A DNA stretch of 64,000 bases from Fibrobacteria bacterium (GTDB taxonomy: Bacteria > Fibrobacterota > Fibrobacteria > UBA11236 > JADFYW01), in NCBI GenBank assembly GCA_050294405.1, contig JBNKOC010000027.1, positions 64,001 to 128,000 on the forward strand, written 5' to 3'. The position numbers were made by a program, and so were the translations under genes. Of the stretch, positions 10,890 to 20,032 are shown one piece after another. Position 1 is the first letter of the stretch. Each line of letters opens with the position of its first letter. The notes under the pieces were generated by a model, which did no database searches, had not been told where the DNA came from, and saw only the letters and a list, made by a program, of their open reading frames with translations.

Positions 10890-11759
10890 ATGGAAATTAA
10901 TGGCAACAGCAGGTTTATAGGTCTTTTTGGAAACCCTGTGGGCCATAGCCTTTCCCCGCAAATGCACAATCCTAATTTTGAAGATTGTGGCATAAACGCT
11001 ATTTACATTCCTCTAAAAACCGACCCCAATAAAATTGCCACTGCCGTAGATGCTCTAAGGGCCTTTCATTTTTTAGGGGCTAATGTAACCATTCCTTTTA
11101 AGTCAGATGTTATTGCCCATTTAGATGAGGTTTCTGAAATATCCCAAATCATTGGGGCGGTAAACACCATTGTAAATAAAGAAGGCAAATTGTGGGGCAC
11201 TACCACAGATCCCGAAGGCTTTTTGACCAGTTTTAAAACCATGGACGAAAATTTTGATAATAAATCCGTGGCCTTGTTTGGAACAGGCGGCACCGCGCGC
11301 ACTTTGGCTTATGCTTTGAGCTTAATGGAATCCCCAAAACAGATAAACATACTGGGGCGCAATAACGCAAAAGCCGCAAATTTGGCAGCCGAAGTGAAGG
11401 AAAAAACCGGTAAAAATATTAAGGGACACTCTATTTCTGATTTTTCAAAAATCACCCATGAAACAAATGTTATTATAAACGCCACTTCTGTGGGAATGGT
11501 TCCCAATACAGAAAATAGCGTGGCAAAATTCGAAGATTTAAATGAAGGGCAAGTGGTTTATGATGTTGTATACCAACCCGAAGAAACCGCCCTGCTGAAA
11601 TCCGCCCGGCAAAAAGGCTTAAAATGTTTGGGAGGCTTGGGCATGTTAGTCTACCAGGGAATTTCCAGTTTTACCCATTGGACCGGTATTACTCCCAAGC
11701 CCGAACTTTATTTTAAAGCCCTACGACAAGCTCTTGATAACAAAGAGGAGCACAAATAA
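10890..11759 (+). CDS. aroE: Shikimate dehydrogenase
   Basis: HSLSPQMH, GANVTIPFK, GAVNT, NATSVGM, DVVY, GLGMLVYQG. Confidence 0.95.
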   Translation: MEINGNSRFIGLFGNPVGHSLSPQMHNPNFEDCGINAIYIPLKTDPNKIATAVDALRAFHFLGANVTIPFKSDVIAHLDEVSEISQIIGAVNTIVNKEGKLWGTTTDPEGFLTSFKTMDENFDNKSVALFGTGGTARTLAYALSLMESPKQINILGRNNAKAANLAAEVKEKTGKNIKGHSISDFSKITHETNVIINATSVGMVPNTENSVAKFEDLNEGQVVYDVVYQPEETALLKSARQKGLKCLGGLGMLVYQGISSFTHWTGITPKPELYFKALRQALDNKEEHK

Positions 11760-13375
11760 TGGAATTCAAGCTCCCCAAGCGTATTTATTTTACGGGCTTT
11801 ATGGCCACTGGAAAATCCAGAATGGCCGAGTTAACAGCTGCTGCCTTAAAATGGAAATTTTACGACACAGATCTATACATTGTCACTAAAACCGGGCTTA
11901 CCATCTCCGAAATTTTTGAAAACGAAGGGGAAGCTGGCTTTAGAAAATTAGAGCTGGAAGCCCTTGAAGAATTAAGCAAAAAACGCCAGGCCGTAATTGC
12001 TTTAGGGGGAGGAAGCTTAACTCAACCCAAAGCCGTTGAATTGGTTAAAAACTCGGGCATTCTGGTGGGCCTTTGGGCCAAACCCTCCACCATTTTAGAA
12101 AGGGTCAACCGCAAAAACACCCGCCCCCTACTGGCCAATTTGAGTGATGAAAAGAAAATGAAAAAAATTGTTCAGATGCTCGAAGAACGAAAAGACTATT
12201 ACGACCTCGCGGACTTTCAGGTAGAGTCCAGAGAAGATGTGCCTCACCATGTATTAACTCACAAAATTATAAATCGAATCCGTCTGGAATCTTTAAAACC
12301 CTTAACGGTGGAATTGGCGGAGAGAAGTTATCCCATATACATCGAGGAAAAAAACCTGCAATTGCTGCCTGCATTGTCAGAAAAACTGGAATTGCCCTCC
12401 CACTATGTCATTGTCACCGATGTGGTGCTAAAGGAAAAACACAAAGAAGAACTAAAAAACCTATCGGCCCAACTGGGTAATTGCCGAAGCTTTTACTTTC
12501 GCACGGGAGAGGCCGAAAAATCTTTGGTTTCCATAAACCGCCTTATTACATATTTGCTTAAACATAAATATTCCCGCAAAACCACCTTAATCGCTTACGG
12601 AGGAGGCATTGTGGGAGATATGGTTGGCTTTGCCGCTTCCATATTTTTAAGGGGAGTGCCCTTTGTTCAAGTACCCACCAGCTTATTGGCCATGGTAGAC
12701 AGCTCCGTGGGAGGCAAAACGGGAGTCAACCACCGCTATGGAAAAAATTTAATCGGGAGTTTTTACCAGCCCCGGGCCGTTATGATTCAAATAGCCGCCC
12801 TTAAAACTCTGCCCCATATTGAATACCTGGCAGGCATGGCCGAGGTGATTAAGTATGCCGTAATTTGGGATAAAAACTTTTTTGATTTTTTATGGGACAA
12901 TTCAGAAGGCATTCTTAACAAAGATCCCGAACTGCTCCGAAAAATTTTGAAAAAATGCTGTGCCATAAAGGCCCAGGTGGTAAGCCAGGATGAAAAAGAA
13001 TCCGGAATTAGAGCCATATTAAATTACGGACACACCTTTGGCCACGCCATCGAAACCCTGGCGGGTTACGGAAATTTAACTCACGGAATTGCCGTGGCCA
13101 GAGGAATGGTCGTAGCCATGCGGCTGGCAGTGCTTCTAAAAAAAATAAACCCATCAGCAGAAAGTAAACAGTTGGAGCTTTTGAAAAAATTTGACTTTCC
13201 TCTGAAATTTAATGTGAATGAGGAAAGCGCCTGGGATATAATGGGAGTGGATAAAAAAGTCGAGGGAGATAAACGCATATATATTCTCCCCACGGAAATA
13301 GGAAAAGTGGAAAGGGTTTCTGGAGTTGCCAAGGAGTTGGTGCATCAGTCCTGGCAGGCTATTAAAAACCTGTAA
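11759..13375 (+). CDS. aroKB: Fused shikimate kinase / 3-dehydroquinate synthase (AroK-AroB)
   Basis: N-terminal GFMATGKS, GEAGFR..E, ALGGG, RPLL; C-terminal GGGIVGD, PTSLLAMVDSSVGGKTG, LNYGHTFGHAIE, HGIAVA. TAATG stop/start overlap with aroE. Confidence 0.93.
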   Translation: MEFKLPKRIYFTGFMATGKSRMAELTAAALKWKFYDTDLYIVTKTGLTISEIFENEGEAGFRKLELEALEELSKKRQAVIALGGGSLTQPKAVELVKNSGILVGLWAKPSTILERVNRKNTRPLLANLSDEKKMKKIVQMLEERKDYYDLADFQVESREDVPHHVLTHKIINRIRLESLKPLTVELAERSYPIYIEEKNLQLLPALSEKLELPSHYVIVTDVVLKEKHKEELKNLSAQLGNCRSFYFRTGEAEKSLVSINRLITYLLKHKYSRKTTLIAYGGGIVGDMVGFAASIFLRGVPFVQVPTSLLAMVDSSVGGKTGVNHRYGKNLIGSFYQPRAVMIQIAALKTLPHIEYLAGMAEVIKYAVIWDKNFFDFLWDNSEGILNKDPELLRKILKKCCAIKAQVVSQDEKESGIRAILNYGHTFGHAIETLAGYGNLTHGIAVARGMVVAMRLAVLLKKINPSAESKQLELLKKFDFPLKFNVNEESAWDIMGVDKKVEGDKRIYILPTEIGKVERVSGVAKELVHQSWQAIKNL

Positions 13376-13395
13376 AAAATTAATTTAGAGAAAAT

Positions 13396-14370
13396 ATGAG
13401 CGTACTTGTTACAGGCGGAACAGGCTGTTTAGGGTATCACCTGTTATCCATTTTTACAAAGACTAAAGGTCAACTGATATCCTACAGCGATACTCCTCCC
13501 CTATCCTATCGCAAACTCAAACATGTTACTTATGTGGAAGGCGATTTGCAGGACGAGCGAAAATTAACCCAGGTTTTAAACGAATACAAACCCGAAGAAA
13601 TTTACCACGCGGCCGCCCAAAATTCAGTAGGAATATCCAACGAAAAACCCGTGCACACTTTTCAGACCAACGTGCTGGGCACTCAAATCTTATTTGAAGC
13701 CATTCGTAAATCTGTGCCTAAAAGCCGGGTTATTTTCATCAGCTCTTCAGAAATTTACGGGGCGGGAAAAGGAGTAGTGGATATTGTCCATGAAGAAGAA
13801 GATCCGCCGGTGCCTTTTACCGCCTTTGCCACCAGTAAGGCCTGCGGTGAATTGTTGGCCCACCAGTACATTAATGCCCATAAAATGGACATTGTAATTA
13901 TCCGGCCTTTTCACTACACAGGGCCCTATCAATCCAGTATGTATGTGCTTCCTTCCGTTGCCAAACAGCTGGTGGAAATTGAAAGGGACGATGGAGAGCT
14001 TTCCATATTTACCGGAAATTTAGATGTTTCCAGGGACTATATTGATGTGCGGGACTTAGCCAGAGGAATTAGCCTTCTGGCCCATTCGGGTCAGTCGGGA
14101 GATGTATACAATATTTCCTCGGGCAAGGCCGCTCCTATTCGCGATTTGGTAAACCGGCTCATTCAAATGACAGGCAATCCCATTGATATTTGTATTGACC
14201 CTTCCAAAGAACGTCCCAATGACATTCCCCTACTAGTGGGATCCCCCCAAAAAATGATGGATTTAACGGGCTGGACCCCAATTATTTCTATCGAAGACTC
14301 CCTCAGAGACTTATATTCTGAAATGAAAAATAGGGTAAAAACTTCCCGGCAAACCGGGGAAAAAATTTAA
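13396..14370 (+). CDS. Extended SDR, GDP-mannose dehydratase/Rmd-like NAD-dependent epimerase family
   Basis: TGGTGCLG, HAAAQ, SSSEIYG, RPFHYTGP, GNLDVSRDYIDVRD. The YxxxK motif reads FATSK. Confidence 0.8.
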   Translation: MSVLVTGGTGCLGYHLLSIFTKTKGQLISYSDTPPLSYRKLKHVTYVEGDLQDERKLTQVLNEYKPEEIYHAAAQNSVGISNEKPVHTFQTNVLGTQILFEAIRKSVPKSRVIFISSSEIYGAGKGVVDIVHEEEDPPVPFTAFATSKACGELLAHQYINAHKMDIVIIRPFHYTGPYQSSMYVLPSVAKQLVEIERDDGELSIFTGNLDVSRDYIDVRDLARGISLLAHSGQSGDVYNISSGKAAPIRDLVNRLIQMTGNPIDICIDPSKERPNDIPLLVGSPQKMMDLTGWTPIISIEDSLRDLYSEMKNRVKTSRQTGEKI

Positions 14371-14394
14371 GGAATAGTTTTTTAACGCAAAAAA

Positions 14395-15546
14395 ATGTTA
14401 GCCGAATTATTGTATGAAATTACAGGTTACAGCCTATTTCACGGAAGGCTTTTTCGGGCCGGGGCTGCGTCCATCACATCCATCTTGCTGGTTTTTATTT
14501 TTATGCCTATCCTTCTGCGTTGGGCGCAAAAAGTAAACGCCAGTTCCGATTTTACCGAAGAGAAATCCAGCGCCCCTCCCATTTTAGGGGGAATATTATT
14601 GGTTCCGGTGGTTTTATTTTCCACCCTTTGCTTTACCATTGTTAACAGTTATGTGTTATCCATTTTGGTTATTATGGTGGCCTTTTTTTCTATCGGCGCT
14701 GTGGACGACTTTGCCAAAATCTGGACTAAGCGTAAAATCATGGAGGGAAAAGAAGAGAAAAAAAGCTACCAGGACAAGGCTGATGGCATCTCCGCACGTC
14801 TCAGACTGAGCCTTTATTTTTTCTTTTCTCTCATTGTTGCCATTTTCGCCTATAAATTTATTCCCGGCATGAACGGCCACATCAGCTTGCCCTTTATAAA
14901 GCCTGATGTTTGGTACCCGTATTTACCCAATTGGGCCTTCATAATTTTGATTTGCCTGGTCATCACCTCCACAGCCAACGGGGCCAACTTTACCGATGGC
15001 CTGGATAGCCTGGTTTCCATCCCCCTTATGACCACCGCTTTGTTTGTGGGAGTGGTCGCTTATATTTCGGGCAACACGGTTTTTTCCAAATATTTTTTAA
15101 TACCCTATTTGCCCGGTGTAGACGAACTTTTTCCTTTATGCGCCGCCATGATTGGCGCTCTGGCCGCCTATTTGTGGTTCAATAGCCCCCCTGCCCAGGT
15201 GTACATGGGCGATTCGGGCTCCATAGGATTTGGCGGAGCTATTGGTATGATGTTTGTGTTAATTAAAGCCGAATTTTTTATGCCCATTGTGGGCTTTGTA
15301 TTTTTAATGGAAGCTCTTTCTGTTTTTTTCCAAATTGGATGGTTTAAAATCACAAAAAACTTGCGGGCGGATAAACAAGGACAAAGGCTTTTTTTGCGGG
15401 CCCCCCTCCACCATCATTTCCAAATGTTATGGAAACATCAATACCCAAATGCCAAGGAACTCAATTCAAAAATTGTATGGCGCTTTCATTTGGTGTCGCT
15501 TTTTGCGCTGGTTCTGGGTTCCCTCATATTTTTTAAAATCAGATAA
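14395..15546 (+). CDS. mraY: Phospho-N-acetylmuramoyl-pentapeptide transferase
   Basis: Multi-TM protein with GAVDD, NFTDGLD, YMGDSGS and the MraY-specific APLHHHF loop. Confidence 0.85.
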   Translation: MLAELLYEITGYSLFHGRLFRAGAASITSILLVFIFMPILLRWAQKVNASSDFTEEKSSAPPILGGILLVPVVLFSTLCFTIVNSYVLSILVIMVAFFSIGAVDDFAKIWTKRKIMEGKEEKKSYQDKADGISARLRLSLYFFFSLIVAIFAYKFIPGMNGHISLPFIKPDVWYPYLPNWAFIILICLVITSTANGANFTDGLDSLVSIPLMTTALFVGVVAYISGNTVFSKYFLIPYLPGVDELFPLCAAMIGALAAYLWFNSPPAQVYMGDSGSIGFGGAIGMMFVLIKAEFFMPIVGFVFLMEALSVFFQIGWFKITKNLRADKQGQRLFLRAPLHHHFQMLWKHQYPNAKELNSKIVWRFHLVSLFALVLGSLIFFKIR

Positions 15547-16497
15547 TACCAGTTTTTTTCCCAGAGGGGCAGTGCTCTGGTTGCGGCTTTCTAAAATAGC
15601 GCTTTCTAAGGGGAAAAAATCCGTTAAATATATACATGCTAAAAATTCCACCCAGGGGTCCAGTTCCTCGCATTGGGGAAGGGTCCTGTAGTCAATATCC
15701 ACTTCACATTTAAGGTTATTGTAGCTAAACTCGTAATGTTCGCCAGACACCACGCCCTCGCCATCCAGATTATAGTGATTCACCACTGTGGCTTTTCGGC
15801 TGCGAAGAAAAAGTTCGTAGCTTTGACAGCTTTTATCCTGAAACTGGAGGTTTTGAGACAATAGCCCCAGCGCATTGGAAATATCGGGAACGCTATCCAC
15901 AAACACATCGTACATAAAATTAAACTCTTCCAAAACCACCCAATCTGTAAAACTCGCCAGCTCACATAAGTTGGCTTCAATAACCGAGTACATGGAATCA
16001 TTTTCAAAGCTGAAGGTTTCCAGCATATTATTTACCTGAAAAGTATCTGGAGGCGAAATAGAATCGCAAAGACTGCTTACTTCAAAACCTTCCGGAATAG
16101 CACCCGTTTGAGAATTGACACTAATCCAATCTCCCTCAAAAGGCAGTCCTTCTTCCGATTCATAGACCCAGGCTTCACAACGGTTAAAAGACCACAATTT
16201 TAAAGTATTGCCCTTAAACTCATAATACTGGGAATAGCCCAAAGAATCGTAAACCACACCTGAATCTGTGCACACGGGAAAATATTCGTAATAATCTATG
16301 GTGCTGCTGCTATCCTCAGCACTATAACTAAAAGCCGTTTTGAGGATAACTTTTCGCTTTGTGTAATCCACTTGAGGGATTTCAGGTGGGGGATCGGGGT
16401 CTTTATCCTTCGAACCGGCTCCATTCCCTCCGGTAAGACAGCCCACTACCATAAAGGAAGATAAAAACACCAATGCCCAAATATTAAAAGCAGCCAT
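15466..16497 (-). CDS. Hypothetical Cys-rich lipoprotein
   Basis: 343-aa ORF; lipobox-like MVVGC followed by a Gly/Pro linker; acidic with several Cys; 3' end overlaps mraY by 81 nt. Confidence 0.65.
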   Translation of the reverse strand: MAAFNIWALVFLSSFMVVGCLTGGNGAGSKDKDPDPPPEIPQVDYTKRKVILKTAFSYSAEDSSSTIDYYEYFPVCTDSGVVYDSLGYSQYYEFKGNTLKLWSFNRCEAWVYESEEGLPFEGDWISVNSQTGAIPEGFEVSSLCDSISPPDTFQVNNMLETFSFENDSMYSVIEANLCELASFTDWVVLEEFNFMYDVFVDSVPDISNALGLLSQNLQFQDKSCQSYELFLRSRKATVVNHYNLDGEGVVSGEHYEFSYNNLKCEVDIDYRTLPQCEELDPWVEFLACIYLTDFFPLESAILESRNQSTAPLGKKLVLSDFKKYEGTQNQRKKRHQMKAPYNF

Positions 16498-16562
16498 AAT
16501 AAACTTTAAAATACTTTAACTTTTATGATACAATAAAGACTTAAAAAAATATAGAGGGTCCC

Positions 16563-17678
16563 ATGAGCCTAGTTCAAACAGAATCCCCCAAATCCTCCAC
16601 AAGAATTTTGGCCAAAATTTTAATCATCGACGACGAAGAATCCATTGGAATTGGAGTTTCCGATTTGCTCAATAGCTACGAATATTCTGCCGATTACGTT
16701 ATGTCCGCAGAAGCGGGAGTAAAATATCTGGAATCCAATCCCGATGTGGATATTGTGCTATTGGACATTAATTTGGGCACGGGAATGTCAGGCCTGGAAG
16801 CATTGCCGGTAATAAAAGATCGTTTTCGCTATGTGCAAATTATAATGCTCACCAGCCACGACTCCATTGAAGTAGGCATAAAGGCCATGAAAAACGGGGC
16901 CCACGACTACCTCACCAAGCCTTTTGACGAGCGGAATTTTTTTGAGTTAGTTCCCCAAGCCCTGGAAAAGAAAAAACTCACACAGCTTAGCGATTTGTAT
17001 TTGGGCATATTAGTTCACGATATGAACAACCCCCTCAACAACATCAGCCTGGGCATGGATATGTTGAAAATTACTTTAAAGGAAAACCTGAATCCCAGAC
17101 AAGAACGGCTTTTTGGGGTGGTCCATTCGGGCCTTTGGGAAATAAAAAACATGGTGCGCAACATTTTAAATGTGAACAAGTTTGAGCAGGGAGGTGTGGC
17201 TGCCCGCATCACCGAATTCGAGCTGCGTCCCTGTCTGGAAAAAACCCTGTCTATTTTTTCCGGCCTTATCCAAATTACCGAGAAAAAAATTAAAACCGAA
17301 TTTTTATTGCCAGAAAATTCAAAAATCCATGCGGATAAGGAACTACTCAATCAGGTCATTGGCAATTTGCTTTCCAATTCCTTGCGATATTGCCCCAAAA
17401 ATGAGGAAGTGGAATTTAAGGTGCAGTATTCTGAGCCAAAACTTTTGAAGTTTTCGGTGACCAACCCCGGTTCTTTTGTGCCTGATTCCATGAAAAATGA
17501 AATCTTCAACAAATTTTTTATCGGGCAAGCCCAGGAAAAAGGCAAATCCAACCGTAATTTTGGCCTGGGACTCTCCTATAGTAAAATGGCTGTGGAAGCC
17601 ATGAATGGCCATATTTGGGTTGAAAGTCAGGAAAGTCCAGAAATAACAACTTTTCATTTCACAATCCCCCAATCCTGA
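16563..17678 (+). CDS. Hybrid receiver-histidine kinase (REC-HisKA-HATPase), cytoplasmic
   Basis: ILIIDDE, LLDINL, MLTS, YLTKPF receiver; H-box LVHDMNNPL; NLLSNS; FGLGL; no TM segment. Confidence 0.9.
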   Translation: MSLVQTESPKSSTRILAKILIIDDEESIGIGVSDLLNSYEYSADYVMSAEAGVKYLESNPDVDIVLLDINLGTGMSGLEALPVIKDRFRYVQIIMLTSHDSIEVGIKAMKNGAHDYLTKPFDERNFFELVPQALEKKKLTQLSDLYLGILVHDMNNPLNNISLGMDMLKITLKENLNPRQERLFGVVHSGLWEIKNMVRNILNVNKFEQGGVAARITEFELRPCLEKTLSIFSGLIQITEKKIKTEFLLPENSKIHADKELLNQVIGNLLSNSLRYCPKNEEVEFKVQYSEPKLLKFSVTNPGSFVPDSMKNEIFNKFFIGQAQEKGKSNRNFGLGLSYSKMAVEAMNGHIWVESQESPEITTFHFTIPQS

Positions 17679-17988
17679 AAAAATTGTTTGTTTTAAAAAT
17701 CAAAAAGTTTTACCAAATTTATCCACAACCTTAAATCGATATTGTTGAAAGCTGTAAATATTTTCGACAATCACATGCCATTTTAAGCAACTATTAACTC
17801 TTACTCACAACTTTCCAACATCTTTTTGGCTAATGTTTATTGAATGTTGGAAACAATTGTCTCCATTCCCCAATTCTAAATTTGCTGGAGCGCTAATTAG
17901 CTTGTGATGGACCTTGCGGGGATTTATATTTCTAAAAAGGCAATGAGTTTTAGTTAATGTTAACGAGTTGGGCACTCAAGGGGTTGTT

Positions 17989-18741
17989 ATGTCCATTCAG
18001 ACTATAATCGCAGAAACATTTTTTGAAGGAATGAACCGCCAGGATAAAGTCTGGGATGTTATTAGCCATATTGAAGAACATTCTCAAAAACTGGCTAATG
18101 TATTAGACTTGTATTCCTTAAAAACTATGGCCACGGAAAAACATCTTTCCTGGAATGCCATGTTGGATGACGCTCCCTTTAGTTGGATAGAAAAAAATAT
18201 TTTTGATTCGCAAAATAAAGTTCTCCAATTTGAGTCCCTTAGCGGTGACTTTGATATATGGAGAGGTAAATGGAAGGTGGGCCTTAACTCGAAAAACGCA
18301 GTGAGCCTAAAAATTAAATTGGAGTACGAATTAGGTATTCCAGTTCTGGAAGAAAACATCAGCGACATTCTCCAAACAAAAGTTCATGGGTACTTAAAGT
18401 TGTTGCTTCTTAGTATTGGGCGAATTGTGGAGAACAAGCAAAGAGATGAAAGAGTTAATCCACGTTATTATTTAGATGCTTTTCACAATGCCACATTAAA
18501 TGGGCTTAATTCTCCCATTAGCATTGTTGATATATCCAGGGGTGGGGCTAGAATCAAAATAAGCTCAGCTGTTGGAAAGTATACAGAGTCCATTACTATT
18601 GGACAAACTGAGCATGAAGTTGGAGAATTTATCCCTGAACATGGCAATTTTGGTAGAATAATTTTTGCCCACGAATTATCTGATGAATCTTTATCAAGTA
18701 TTCTTGACGAAGCAGAATACATTCGGGCCAACAGCAATTAA
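17989..18741 (+). CDS. SRPBCC/START (polyketide cyclase-like) domain fused to a C-terminal PilZ domain
   Basis: KVWDVI...SW...SWIEK...LQFESLSGDFDIWRGKW...YELGIP pattern; PilZ motifs ERVNPRY (RxxxR) and DISRGG (DxSxxG). ATG at 17989 preferred over TTG at 17968. Confidence 0.75.
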   Translation: MSIQTIIAETFFEGMNRQDKVWDVISHIEEHSQKLANVLDLYSLKTMATEKHLSWNAMLDDAPFSWIEKNIFDSQNKVLQFESLSGDFDIWRGKWKVGLNSKNAVSLKIKLEYELGIPVLEENISDILQTKVHGYLKLLLLSIGRIVENKQRDERVNPRYYLDAFHNATLNGLNSPISIVDISRGGARIKISSAVGKYTESITIGQTEHEVGEFIPEHGNFGRIIFAHELSDESLSSILDEAEYIRANSN

Positions 18742-18952
18742 CAAATTTAAAAAAGGAAATTCTTTACCGGAATTCCTTGTTCTTGGAGCCTTTATCTTTA
18801 ATATTTAGTTATAGATAAATGTTTATTTAGTTTTTAAAGAAGTCATTTCCCGATAACATGGTTACAGCGCAAAAACCTGGCAAGTTTGCATTAATAAAAC
18901 ATGCTGCTAAAGAATATAGATACATAGTAGCTGATCCAGTTTAGGAATTATT

Positions 18953-20032
18953 TTGGAAAAAATTGCCTTTTTCATTAGTCCTGCAAATTGGGAAATTTTT
19001 TCTCAAAACTTAAACCAACTCAAGCCATCTAAAATATACAGGGAAGAGCTTATAAAGCCAATGTTACAATGGGCTAACCCTAAGGTATTCAAAAGCTTTT
19101 CAGAACTTACATTCGATTCAAAAAAATATTTTGAAGGGTGTATAATTCTTGTTCCTTTTTTCCCGGATCGCCACTATAAAGACAGCAAATTTGTATTAGA
19201 CAAAATAGAATCAGCTTTTGAGGTAGCAAAAAAAGAAAACTGCACTATTGCAACATTAACAGGTTTTAATTCAATTGCTGTCCAAAGCAGAGAGTCTTAT
19301 TTTGAGAAGAAATATAATATAAAGGTTACATCTGGAAATACAACTACGGCGACAATAATCGTTAAATCAATATTGGACATATCCGATAAATTTAATCTTG
19401 ATTTATCAGTTTCATCCTTAGCCATTATTGGAGCCACCGGAGACATTGGAAGAGGCTGCTTTTTAGGATTAGCCGAATATTTTCAAAAAATTTGGCTAAC
19501 GGGCAGAGGTCTTAAGCCGCTGGAAGAGTTATACAATACATATGCAAGCATCTATGATTGCGATATGGAAATTACAATGGATTCTGAATTTGCCATTTCT
19601 GAAAGCCAAATAGCCATTTTTGTAACAAGTTCCCCTAAAGAGCTATTTCATTTAAATGACTTACCAAAAAAGACAATAATTTGCGATGCTTCTTCTCCCA
19701 TTAATATAAAAACCGGCGACTCGTTGAGAGATGACGTTTTTTTATACCACGGAGGAATAGTAAATATTCCCTTTGAGTTTAACTTGGGATTCGATTCAGG
19801 TTTGTCCAGCCAGAGTCATGTGTACGGCTGCGAACTTGAAGGTATGTTAATGGGTGTAAATCCCGATTTATCGGGGTCCCACGGAAGAGGAAATATAGAC
19901 AGCTTTAGACTTAATACCTTTGAATCTGAGCTTATAAAATATCCTAATATTAGTTTAGCTTATTCGTGGAAAAACAAACAGTATCACAACATGGAACTAT
20001 TAACCTATGCGAACTATTGGCGGAACTCTTAA
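18953..20032 (+). CDS. Acyl-ACP reductase-like oxidoreductase (cyanobacterial AAR / COG5322-type family)
   Basis: ATLTGFNS, VTSGNTTTA, GATGDIG, ICDASSP, HGGIV and YGCELEGML match the AAR pattern (LGGFTS, TTGNTHTA, GATGDIG, ACFAE) including the catalytic Cys position. Confidence 0.75.
   Translation: MEKIAFFISPANWEIFSQNLNQLKPSKIYREELIKPMLQWANPKVFKSFSELTFDSKKYFEGCIILVPFFPDRHYKDSKFVLDKIESAFEVAKKENCTIATLTGFNSIAVQSRESYFEKKYNIKVTSGNTTTATIIVKSILDISDKFNLDLSVSSLAIIGATGDIGRGCFLGLAEYFQKIWLTGRGLKPLEELYNTYASIYDCDMEITMDSEFAISESQIAIFVTSSPKELFHLNDLPKKTIICDASSPINIKTGDSLRDDVFLYHGGIVNIPFEFNLGFDSGLSSQSHVYGCELEGMLMGVNPDLSGSHGRGNIDSFRLNTFESELIKYPNISLAYSWKNKQYHNMELLTYANYWRNS

Noticed and set aside
17719..17727. Perfect DnaA box TTATCCACA in an AT-rich intergenic region (relaxed matches also near 4721 and 4816)
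   Set aside because: Isolated boxes with no cluster and no dnaA/dnaN/gidA nearby; expected by chance in AT-rich DNA, so not called oriC.
17812..17853. 10-bp inverted repeat TTTCCAACAT-N22-ATGTTGGAAA upstream of SRPBCC-PilZ
   Set aside because: Single instance with a long spacer and no second copy seen; cannot be separated from chance.
18953..20032. Cyanobacterial-type alkane biosynthesis (aar/ado)
   Set aside because: No aldehyde-deformylating oxygenase nearby; the only ferritin-like gene is a rubrerythrin over 20 kb away in an oxyR context.
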